Origin: Sulfurospirillum sp.
GTDB taxonomy: Bacteria > Campylobacterota > Campylobacteria > Campylobacterales > Sulfurospirillaceae
DNA: 42,206 nucleotides
Direction of reading: 5' to 3'
Assembly (NCBI GenBank): GCA_045047115.1
Contig: JASFYR010000029.1
Span: forward strand, 1-42,206
How positions within the stretch are numbered: the first letter of the stretch is position 1; the number at the start of each line of letters is the position of its first letter. The notes beneath the pieces are model-generated. The model was not told the DNA's origin, ran no database searches, and worked only from the letters and a program-made list of their open reading frames with translations. Positions 1-7,655 of the stretch are shown one piece after another. Both the position numbers and the translations under genes were made by a program.

Positions 1-209
1 TCCTTATTCACCTCTAACCCTGTTACATTATGAAACTGCTACTGCATTGTCAGTGTAGTTTTCATCATTGATTTGTAAACTCTCAAAGTAAACGCTCATA
101 GGCTTTTGTGGGTGTTGTTACTGTGCAGTGGTCTCATGATGCTTGAGGGTGCAAGAGGGTAATAACTTATTTTAAATCAGTTATTTACCCCGTTTCTTTT
201 TATTTTAGC

Positions 210-236
210 TTTTTATGATATTAGTTATCATAAAAA
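210..236. promoter_or_regulatory. Palindromic operator, Fur-box-like
   Basis: TTTTTATGATA-ttagt-TATCATAAAAA has perfect 11-bp arms. The core TGATATT-A-GTTATCA matches the 7-1-7 Fur consensus TGATAAT-N-ATTATCA with 2 mismatches. Confidence 0.45.
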
Positions 237-283
237 TAGTAAGCAATCTTTTACATTATTTTAGCTAAAATACAATTTTATTT

Positions 284-381
284 GGAGGGTATATGACCCT
301 GGTGGGCATCACGGGCTTCAAACCCGATGTCTGGGCGGTTGACCGTCTGGAGGTAGGTTCGATTCCTACACCTTCTCGCCA
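284..381 (+). tRNA. selC: tRNA-Sec (anticodon TCA)
   Basis: Anticodon loop CTTCAAA (316-322) in a CGGG/CCCG stem, long variable arm, T-arm GTAGG-TTCGATT-CCTAC and GCCA 3' end. A TAAAAT -10 candidate lies at 266-271. Confidence 0.93.
316..381 (+). repeat. attL core (66-bp direct repeat, 3' part of selC)
   Basis: Identical to 12592-12657 and begins at the anticodon loop. Confidence 0.97.
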
Positions 382-1262
382 TCTTTTAAGCTATCAAATA
401 CTTTAGAGATAACAGATTTACTAATTTCAGGTTTTATGGTAATGTATTTTTGAGTTATCTCTATATTTGTGTGACCTAAAGCATAAGATACGTGCTCTAT
501 GGGCAAAGAGAGAAAATTGATAGCATAAGTACCTAAGAGATGTCTTATGTCGTGTAAGCGAATATAGGGCAAGTTATAGCACTTCAAAAGGCGAAACCAA
601 GCACCCCTTAAATCTTTATATCTCGTTTGAGTGTTTGGATTCGTAAAAACATAACCTTTTGGATATTTTGTGTTTTGGTTGATACACTCTTTTAAGAATA
701 TTTTATATAACCTTGTATAAAGAGGGTCTGTCATCATATATTGCATATTTTTACGCACTTTGTTAATCTTAGCAGGTATATAGTAGAGTTTCTGCTCTAA
801 ATCTACCATATCCCAAGTGAGACAAAGAACTTCACTTCTGCGACGACCGTGGAGAAGAAAAAAGAAAATATCACAATAAACAGGCTCATTATAGTTTATA
901 AGTGCATTTATAAAATCTTTTTGTACTTCCAAAGAGAAATTAAAGTACCTGGTATTATCAAACTTTGGTAACTCTATGTCCAAAGTGGGGTCATAATCAA
1001 TCAATCTTAGTTTTTTAGCAAATCTAAAATGATTTTTTAAAACTGTAAGAATGTTTTTTACTGTTTTGATTTTATACTCTTTGGAAACAAGAGCATTGAC
1101 GAAGAGCTGCACATCAAGATAAGCGATAGTATCAATAGATTTTATACCTAAAGTATCTTTTATGTGTTTATTATAATAACCAAAATTTGTTTTATATGTT
1201 CGCTCACTATGGAGGACTTTTACATGATTAAAATACTGTTTTGAGATGTTATTTAAAATCAT
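366..1262 (-). CDS. Tyrosine recombinase / phage integrase
   Basis: Catalytic motifs GRRRSE, HDIRH, LGH and TQKY. Adjacent to attL, with an AGGA RBS at 1270-1273. Confidence 0.93.
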   Translation of the reverse strand: MILNNISKQYFNHVKVLHSERTYKTNFGYYNKHIKDTLGIKSIDTIAYLDVQLFVNALVSKEYKIKTVKNILTVLKNHFRFAKKLRLIDYDPTLDIELPKFDNTRYFNFSLEVQKDFINALINYNEPVYCDIFFFLLHGRRRSEVLCLTWDMVDLEQKLYYIPAKINKVRKNMQYMMTDPLYTRLYKIFLKECINQNTKYPKGYVFTNPNTQTRYKDLRGAWFRLLKCYNLPYIRLHDIRHLLGTYAINFLSLPIEHVSYALGHTNIEITQKYITIKPEISKSVISKVFDSLKDGEKV

Positions 1263-1271
1263 GTAAATATC

Positions 1272-1466
1272 CTAAATTTTTCTAACAAAACTTAAAAATT
1301 CTAAAAATAATAAAAACTGTTCATTTTTTAAATTATCTATTTTGATATCAAGTGAAAAAGTACTAATATCTTTTAAAATCAATTCATCACGAATATATAA
1401 ATATTTTTCAAGTTGCAAAGTTGACTTAAGTATTTTTTCTTGTAATTTATCTAATTTATCTTTCAT
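1272..1466 (-). CDS. Hypothetical phage protein (64 aa, helical)
   Basis: AAGGAG RBS precedes the ATG at 1466 (MKDKLDK...), which is a better start than 1484. Confidence 0.65.
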   Translation of the reverse strand: MKDKLDKLQEKILKSTLQLEKYLYIRDELILKDISTFSLDIKIDNLKNEQFLLFLEFLSFVRKI

Positions 1467-1481
1467 TTTAAACTCCTTTTG

Positions 1482-1489
1482 CATTTATA
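1482..1489. repeat. 8-bp target-site duplication CATTTATA (left copy)
   Basis: Identical to 3708-3715 and directly flanks the terminal inverted repeat. Confidence 0.92.
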
Positions 1490-3707
1490 GGGTATTCGCA
1501 AAGTAAGTGACTTTTTAACATATTTTGCTATCCCAATTTTTTACCATTCTTGATAATCCCTGAATATCAACACCTACATTTATTTCATTTTTTTTATCAA
1601 ATTTTGGCTTTTTCTTTTTATGTAAATTAGTAGAATAAAGCATCTTTGCTCTAATGCTTTCAAAGCTATAGCTTCTACCCATTCTATCAACATGACGAAT
1701 TACACTATTCATAGCTTCTGTATAAGCATTTGTTACAGGATAATCAAAGTAGGCAAATATTTCTTTGTGCCAATTTCCTAAAGCTCTAACTAAATCAGAG
1801 AAATATGGTTTAACTTCGCTTGTGAGTTCTTGCTCAAATTTCAAATATCTATCATAAGCTTCCTCTTTATTTTCAGCTTCGTATATTTCAAAAAACTGCT
1901 CTTTTAAATAATACATTTTTGCTAATATTGGATAATTATTTTCCCAATATGAGATTAAGAAACTTTCTCTATCGTTAAGATTATTTTTTCTTTTAAGAAG
2001 AAGAAATCTATCATTTTTTAAATCTATTCTTTGCTTAGAAGTAAGAGAACTTTTTAGCTCTTTACGGTATTTTTCTAATGCAGAATTTGCCATTTTTACG
2101 ACATGAAATTTATCTATAACAACTATTGCTTTTGGTAATACTAGATTAACAGAATCTCTATAAGGCTTCCACATATCAATAGTCACAACTTTTATTTTTT
2201 CATTATCTTTTATACCTCTTAAATATTTAACAATAGTAGTTTTATTTCTATCTTTAAACATTTCAATAATAGTTCTATCTTTAATATTAGTTATTACTGC
2301 TCTTGGTTTACCAGATAAATGAATTTCATCTATACCTAAAATTACAGGTGTTCCAAATACATATTTTTTTTCTAAATCTAAAATATTGTTTTTAAATATT
2401 TTTCTAATATTGCCCTCACTAACACCAGTATCATCTGCTATATATGTAAATGGCTTTAGTAAAGATTGTTTTTTTATATATTTTACTAATCTAGTAGTCA
2501 TATTATGGTTACTAGAAATATTTGGTAAAGTATCTTGAAAAAACTTATTGCACTCATGACATTTGTAACCTTGAACTTTAATCATTAATCCAACTCTTTT
2601 ACCCCTTATAGGCAAATCAAAATAAAACTGATTTCTAACACCCTTTTTTCTATAATAACTACTATTACAATGTTTACAACTTGATGGTATTGTTTCACAG
2701 TTCAATTTAATATTAATATCATGCTCTGTTTCTTCTGTATCTATAATCGAATAATCATCTAAATTCAAAATTGGCATATAAGTATCCTTGTTTAACACAA
2801 CATCTATAGCATTTCTAAAAGATATGCCATTATTTTGTAATGACATCATTTTTTCATATCTATTTGGACTTTTTAATTTTTGTTTTTCAAATCTACTTTC
2901 ACTTTCCAAATGAATACCAAAACCACAAAAAACACAACCAGTCCTAGTTTCTGCTTTTAAAAGAACTCCATCAATATATTTATCATAATAACAATCTGCA
3001 AATTTTATATTATTAATTTTTGCATATTCCCATATATCTTCATCATTCCAACCAGTTCTTAAAAATGGATATACTTTTTTACCGTCTTCTTTTCCGTATA
3101 AAGCTAATTGTTTCCTAAGTGCAGACTCTCCACTCATCAAACCTATTAAAGGCTTCATATCATTCTGTTTTTGCCATTTTTCAATAGGATTTTTCTTTAA
3201 AATTGCACAACACTTAGAATTAACATCAAAATCTTGTTTGACTAAATATCTCCATTTAACTGGTAACTTCCCACTACCATTCTCATAACCGTTTAATCTT
3301 ATATCTTCTAATATATGGCTTTTTGTATATTTTAATTCATTAACTTTCTGAGAAACTTCTTTACTAACAAGTGGAAAACCATATTCTTTAACAACTGTAT
3401 TAAAATTCATTTTAGGCTTAACCCAAATAATATTATTATGAGATTTAACATATTTAATAATGTCAATATCTTCATTTGTTGTATTTGAGAAAACTGCTTG
3501 AATATTAGGAAATATACTTCTAGCTAAATGTAATAAAACGGTGCTATCTTTTCCACCAGAAAAACTTACAAATATTTTTCCATTATTTTTTTGATATTCA
3601 TTTTTTATAATATCTTCTGATAATTTTATTTTTTCTAAAATACACATATTTTTCCTTTATTAGATTTATGGTTAAAATTTAAAAAGTCACTCTTTTTACG
3701 AAGACCC
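1490..3707 (-). mobile_element. ISL3-family insertion sequence (2218 bp) with a PAPS-reductase-like/transposase fusion
   Basis: Terminal IRs at 1490-1518 (GGGTATTCGCAAAGTAAGTGACTTTTTAA) and 3679-3707 (reverse complement GGGTCTTCGTAAAAAGAGTGACTTTTTAA) match at 24/29. An 8-bp TSD and GG ends are typical of ISL3. Confidence 0.92.
1515..3647 (-). CDS. Fusion protein: N-terminal PAPS/APS-reductase-family domain (aa 1-290) plus ISL3 transposase (aa 291-710)
   Basis: N-terminal part has the SFSGGKDS PP-loop, KCCAILKKNP and RTGCVFCGFG. C-terminal part has a zinc finger (CKHC...CHEC), an HTH-like segment, GIDE, IDMW, DKFHV and TNAYTEAMN. Confidence 0.9.
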   Translation of the reverse strand: MCILEKIKLSEDIIKNEYQKNNGKIFVSFSGGKDSTVLLHLARSIFPNIQAVFSNTTNEDIDIIKYVKSHNNIIWVKPKMNFNTVVKEYGFPLVSKEVSQKVNELKYTKSHILEDIRLNGYENGSGKLPVKWRYLVKQDFDVNSKCCAILKKNPIEKWQKQNDMKPLIGLMSGESALRKQLALYGKEDGKKVYPFLRTGWNDEDIWEYAKINNIKFADCYYDKYIDGVLLKAETRTGCVFCGFGIHLESESRFEKQKLKSPNRYEKMMSLQNNGISFRNAIDVVLNKDTYMPILNLDDYSIIDTEETEHDINIKLNCETIPSSCKHCNSSYYRKKGVRNQFYFDLPIRGKRVGLMIKVQGYKCHECNKFFQDTLPNISSNHNMTTRLVKYIKKQSLLKPFTYIADDTGVSEGNIRKIFKNNILDLEKKYVFGTPVILGIDEIHLSGKPRAVITNIKDRTIIEMFKDRNKTTIVKYLRGIKDNEKIKVVTIDMWKPYRDSVNLVLPKAIVVIDKFHVVKMANSALEKYRKELKSSLTSKQRIDLKNDRFLLLKRKNNLNDRESFLISYWENNYPILAKMYYLKEQFFEIYEAENKEEAYDRYLKFEQELTSEVKPYFSDLVRALGNWHKEIFAYFDYPVTNAYTEAMNSVIRHVDRMGRSYSFESIRAKMLYSTNLHKKKKPKFDKKNEINVGVDIQGLSRMVKNWDSKIC

Positions 3708-3892
3708 CATTTATATTTTTGTGGAAAACTTACACGAATAAAACGCTTTTTTTTGTTATGTTCTTCTACAATAGAATAAATATCATCAGAGGTGTAACCA
3801 TTCGGAACATAAAAAAAGCTGTAATCATCCAAAATTACTTTAGAAAAGAAAGGATCATAAGGCAAAGTAAATATTATAAGTTTAACTCGCAT
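3635..3892 (-). CDS. Small phage protein whose 3' end was replaced by the IS
   Basis: ATG at 3892 overlaps the end of rep. Removing the IS and one TSD restores ...SFPQKYKCKRSLK*, whose TGA overlaps the ATG at 1466. Confidence 0.65.
   Translation of the reverse strand: MRVKLIIFTLPYDPFFSKVILDDYSFFYVPNGYTSDDIYSIVEEHNKKKRFIRVSFPQKYKWGLRKKSDFLNFNHKSNKGKICVF
3708..3715. repeat. 8-bp target-site duplication CATTTATA (right copy)
   Basis: Identical to 1482-1489. Confidence 0.92.
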
Positions 3893-5102
3893 AGTCAAAA
3901 TCCATATTAAAATAATTTGGAGGGATATAATCCATATCAAGCAAACCTCTTTCGATAAGCTCATTTTGTACGAGTCCATAATGCTGTAAATTACAATACT
4001 CCAAATCTAAATTTTTATAATATTCAAAGAGTTGATAATCTTTGTAAGACAAAACAGGTTTTGAAATATCAAAAGATATACCATTTTTAACAATAAAAAC
4101 AGGGATACGAGATGATTTTTTCTCTTTTAAAACAGGTTTGCGGTTATCGTAATTTATAGAACTTGTTACTTTAAAACTTTTTTTACTCCAAAGAGTGCCA
4201 TATTTATCAACTATCTCTAAAAGTTTATTGGTGTTAGGATCAACAAAAACAGATATTTCTTTATCTCTGTACATCCAAGTAAGCTCATTGAGCGTGTAAC
4301 GACCCTTTAAGGCTCTGTAAACATCTAAAGATACTAAAGTCCTAGAGGTGTATATCCTGCATATTCCGTGCAGTATATACCAAAGAGTTAAATCAGTTAT
4401 TTTGTCATCACCGTATCTTAAATCATCAAGAGTTTTTAAGATGTATTTCATAAGATAAGCGACAGGGTTTTTGATATTTACTTCTAATTTACCAAGAGGG
4501 AAAGGATAAAAACGCTTTATAACTTTGACGATATTATCTACATATTGTTTAGGGATAAAAATACTAATATGAAGATGAGGACAGCCGTCTTTATGTGGCT
4601 CAATAACTCTAAAATAGACTCTATCAGATTTTGGAATCTTACACCAAGAACGATGAGTCAATAATCTTGAAAACATCTTTGAGAGTTGTTTACTGGCTTC
4701 TTTTGGGAAGTACTTTTTTCTGTTTGACATAGGATTGATAAACTTGATTTTTTTCTTTGTTATAGGATGTTTGCAAGTAAAAAGAAACTCTCTTCCATTG
4801 TAGTTTTTATTGTTTATAACTTTACCACTTGAAAGAGTCTTTTTTGGGTGGTAAATGCTAGGCAAAGTAAGAGTCAAAAATATGTTTTGTAAATCTCTTG
4901 ATTTAGCATATGAGTAGAGAGAATTAACCCTATTGTTTATCTCTGCAATGTATCTGTTTGAGTTTATATAACTATTTTTTGTAATATCTGATAAAGGGAT
5001 ATGTTTATCATCAACTACTAAAAAATTATTGTCTAAAAAGAGCTTGTTTTTTTCTATTTTATCTAGTGCTAACTGACGCATATTTTTTGTTAAACCAAAC
5101 AT
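3882..5102 (-). CDS. Rolling-circle replication initiator (HUH endonuclease, gpA-like)
   Basis: FLTLTLPS motif I, EPHKDGCPHLH (HUH) and YLMKY (YxxxY) catalytic motif. Confidence 0.85.
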   Translation of the reverse strand: MFGLTKNMRQLALDKIEKNKLFLDNNFLVVDDKHIPLSDITKNSYINSNRYIAEINNRVNSLYSYAKSRDLQNIFLTLTLPSIYHPKKTLSSGKVINNKNYNGREFLFTCKHPITKKKIKFINPMSNRKKYFPKEASKQLSKMFSRLLTHRSWCKIPKSDRVYFRVIEPHKDGCPHLHISIFIPKQYVDNIVKVIKRFYPFPLGKLEVNIKNPVAYLMKYILKTLDDLRYGDDKITDLTLWYILHGICRIYTSRTLVSLDVYRALKGRYTLNELTWMYRDKEISVFVDPNTNKLLEIVDKYGTLWSKKSFKVTSSINYDNRKPVLKEKKSSRIPVFIVKNGISFDISKPVLSYKDYQLFEYYKNLDLEYCNLQHYGLVQNELIERGLLDMDYIPPNYFNMDFDYAS

Positions 5103-5103
5103 C

Positions 5104-6258
5104 TTAAAAGCTCATTTTAGAAAGAGATTTAATTGACAAAACTATTGAAAAAACCTCTTTTCTATTTGTAACAGTAGTATGTTCAGTAATTTTATTTAGA
5201 ATAGGTACATATTCAATAATAGGAATATTTGCAATAGTGTTTTGAATAGTTGTTTGATTTAAGCCACCAAGCAAAAACAGAGAATTTTTGGAAAGATTGC
5301 AATGAGTTTTTATATGTTTTGATGTAGTTTTTGGAGTGAGAGAAGAATCTAAAATATTTTGCACAAATATCTCCAAATCAAACTGAACAGAATTTTTAGA
5401 AACAGAAACATTTGTAAAATACATCTTTAATCCTACATCTTTATAATTATAAGAATTTTGCGTAGTAGTGGTATTATCTTTTGTGCTAGTTGTAAAGGTT
5501 AGAAAAGGGATGTTTGTCGTGCTCTCTAACAAACTAGGTTTATTATCTAAAAGCGTAATTTGAGGGCTTGTGAGAATTTTAGATATATCTTTAGATTGCA
5601 ATAAATGCAAAAGTGAATAAAATTGAAAACGACTATTTAAAGTAGAAGGTATATTTACTGTACTAGTTAGAATTGATAAATAATAAGAAGGATTAAATTT
5701 CAATATGCTAAAATCCAAACCAGCATTTTTTAATTTATCTTGATTTGTACTAAGTACAACAACATCAATAACAGAAGAGTAAAAGGATTTATCCAAATTA
5801 ATTATTTGATTTTGTATCTTTTTAAATGTTTGAAAATCTGAAATAAGCAAAATACGACCACGAGAAATGAGATATTTTACATCAGGATACAACTTATTAA
5901 AAAAGTCATTTATATCATTTTTTGATAAGTTATTATAACGAATGATAAAATTATCGATAACAACTTTTTTCTTACTAAGTGCAAAAGGATCATAGATATA
6001 TACAGTATTTAGAGAAACACTATATGCAAGATTATTATATTTTAAAATATTTTTGAGCAAATCAAAAGTGATTTTTTTATCTTTGAAATTGAGAACAGGC
6101 AATGACAAAGAAATAGTTTTATCAACATTTGAAGATACAACAATATTAAAACGGCTATTATCAGCAACAATAGAAGCAAAATCAGATAGAGTTATATTTT
6201 TAAAATTATTTGCTATCAGACTTGAAAAAAGCAGAACGAACAGGACGAGAATCTTCAT
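5104..6258 (-). CDS. Phage secretin (pIV-like)
   Basis: Signal peptide and secretin motifs (SPQITLLDNKPS, YKDVGLK, LLGGL, IPIIEYVPIL). Follows the Zot-like gene. Confidence 0.85.
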   Translation of the reverse strand: MKILVLFVLLFSSLIANNFKNITLSDFASIVADNSRFNIVVSSNVDKTISLSLPVLNFKDKKITFDLLKNILKYNNLAYSVSLNTVYIYDPFALSKKKVVIDNFIIRYNNLSKNDINDFFNKLYPDVKYLISRGRILLISDFQTFKKIQNQIINLDKSFYSSVIDVVVLSTNQDKLKNAGLDFSILKFNPSYYLSILTSTVNIPSTLNSRFQFYSLLHLLQSKDISKILTSPQITLLDNKPSLLESTTNIPFLTFTTSTKDNTTTTQNSYNYKDVGLKMYFTNVSVSKNSVQFDLEIFVQNILDSSLTPKTTSKHIKTHCNLSKNSLFLLGGLNQTTIQNTIANIPIIEYVPILNKITEHTTVTNRKEVFSIVLSIKSLSKMSF

Positions 6259-7291
6259 TTTTTTTACCCCCAGAAAGTAAAGTGAATTGATTTAAAAAAC
6301 CCAAATTTTGACACTTCAACAAATAAGAAGTTTTAGAAACAGTAGTTTCTTTAAAAATAGATGAGCAGGTAAACTCTTTTATAACAAAAGCGAGAGAGTT
6401 TGGAGTTAATACAAAATCATAATTTTTAAAAGTACAAGTAAAACCTGAACAAGTTATATAATAATAATTTGTATTATTATTTATTTCTTGAGATAATCTT
6501 GCAGATTTTTGCCGAAGAAAACCACCATTACCGCTTGGAACATATATTTTATCTCTTTTAACAGCCAAATCACGTGACGGACTAGAAACATTTTTTTTAA
6601 CATTTGGATCGCCTTTCATAAAATTTGTAACAAAATGAAACATTATAGAAACAATTATAACACCTATCAAAAAATAAATAAGATATTTTTTAATAACATT
6701 TGGAGATTTAACACTATCTCCTGAATGATACAAATCAAAAATTTCTTTAGATTTTTTAAGTTTTTTAACACTAGCTTGACTTTTAGCACTCATACGACTA
6801 TCTATAAAAATTCTATATTTGAAAGTATTTGAAAAAAGTAAAAGAGTTGTAGGAACAGCACGAATGAAATATTCAGCAAATTTTTTATACTTAGAATCTA
6901 TAAGAGCTAAATTTTGCGTAATAAGAAGAAAATCTATAAAAATATGTCTATGATAAGAAAAGAGCCAAACAAATACAGGATTAAGAGCGTCAAAAAAATT
7001 ATGACTTTCATCAATAACAAAAAGTGTTTTATAATATCCTAATTTTTTAACTAAATCAATCAAATCATCATCAGTTGAGTCTTTGTCTTTATAAAGATTA
7101 TATAAATCTATAATATTTAATTGAAACTCCTCAAAATCAAATTTTTTTATCTTACTAGAAAGTTTAAAATCAAATTGGTCTATATTAGTATATATAAATT
7201 GATGTTTATTTGATTTCACATCCTCAAATATTTCATTTACTGCATAATATGTTTTACCAGCTCCAGGGACACCTACAAGATAGATAATCAT
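6206..7291 (-). CDS. Zot/pI-like morphogenesis ATPase
   Basis: Walker A GVPGAGKT, Walker B FVIDESH, YHRH, LITQN and a central TM helix. Confidence 0.92.
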   Translation of the reverse strand: MIIYLVGVPGAGKTYYAVNEIFEDVKSNKHQFIYTNIDQFDFKLSSKIKKFDFEEFQLNIIDLYNLYKDKDSTDDDLIDLVKKLGYYKTLFVIDESHNFFDALNPVFVWLFSYHRHIFIDFLLITQNLALIDSKYKKFAEYFIRAVPTTLLLFSNTFKYRIFIDSRMSAKSQASVKKLKKSKEIFDLYHSGDSVKSPNVIKKYLIYFLIGVIIVSIMFHFVTNFMKGDPNVKKNVSSPSRDLAVKRDKIYVPSGNGGFLRQKSARLSQEINNNTNYYYITCSGFTCTFKNYDFVLTPNSLAFVIKEFTCSSIFKETTVSKTSYLLKCQNLGFLNQFTLLSGGKKNEDSRPVRSAFFKSDSK

Positions 7292-7653
7292 TATATTAAC
7301 TTTAATGCTTTATCAATTAAATCTTTTTTTACCTGCATAGCATAAACCCATAAAATCTTAGAAAATAAAAATAAAAGAGCAGAAACAATAAAAGGTAAAG
7401 AAGACAAAAAAGCGTCAGTAAAACCCATACAATGTAATAATCCCCAAAACTTAGGCAAAATATTAGAAGGATCAGAAACGGAAATATTATTAACAGAATT
7501 TATCAAAGTATGTACTAAATTATAAAAAGAATATAAAGAAGTCAAAAGAAAACCATAAAAAGAAAGAACTGAAGTATAATAAGCACTAAGAATAAGAATC
7601 TTAAGACCTTTTACACCAATAAAACCAGCTAAAAAAGTTAAAATTTTAGTCAC
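7291..7653 (-). CDS. pVI-like minor coat membrane protein
   Basis: 120-aa hydrophobic protein located between the pIII-like and pI-like genes. Confidence 0.7.
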   Translation of the reverse strand: MTKILTFLAGFIGVKGLKILILSAYYTSVLSFYGFLLTSLYSFYNLVHTLINSVNNISVSDPSNILPKFWGLLHCMGFTDAFLSSLPFIVSALLFLFSKILWVYAMQVKKDLIDKALKLI

Positions 7654-7655
7654 AA

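Noticed and set aside
1..200. Partial gene at the left edge
   Set aside because: The minus-strand frames I checked close within about 25 codons and lack an RBS or a recognisable motif.
1515..3647. Fusion explained as an IS landing in-frame inside a phage PAPS-reductase gene
   Set aside because: The IRs and TSD lie outside both domains (1490 and 3707), and I see no IR at the junction near 2777.
6206..7291. Zonula occludens toxin as a virulence factor
   Set aside because: The motifs and context fit the phage pI assembly ATPase; nothing in the sequence supports enterotoxin activity.
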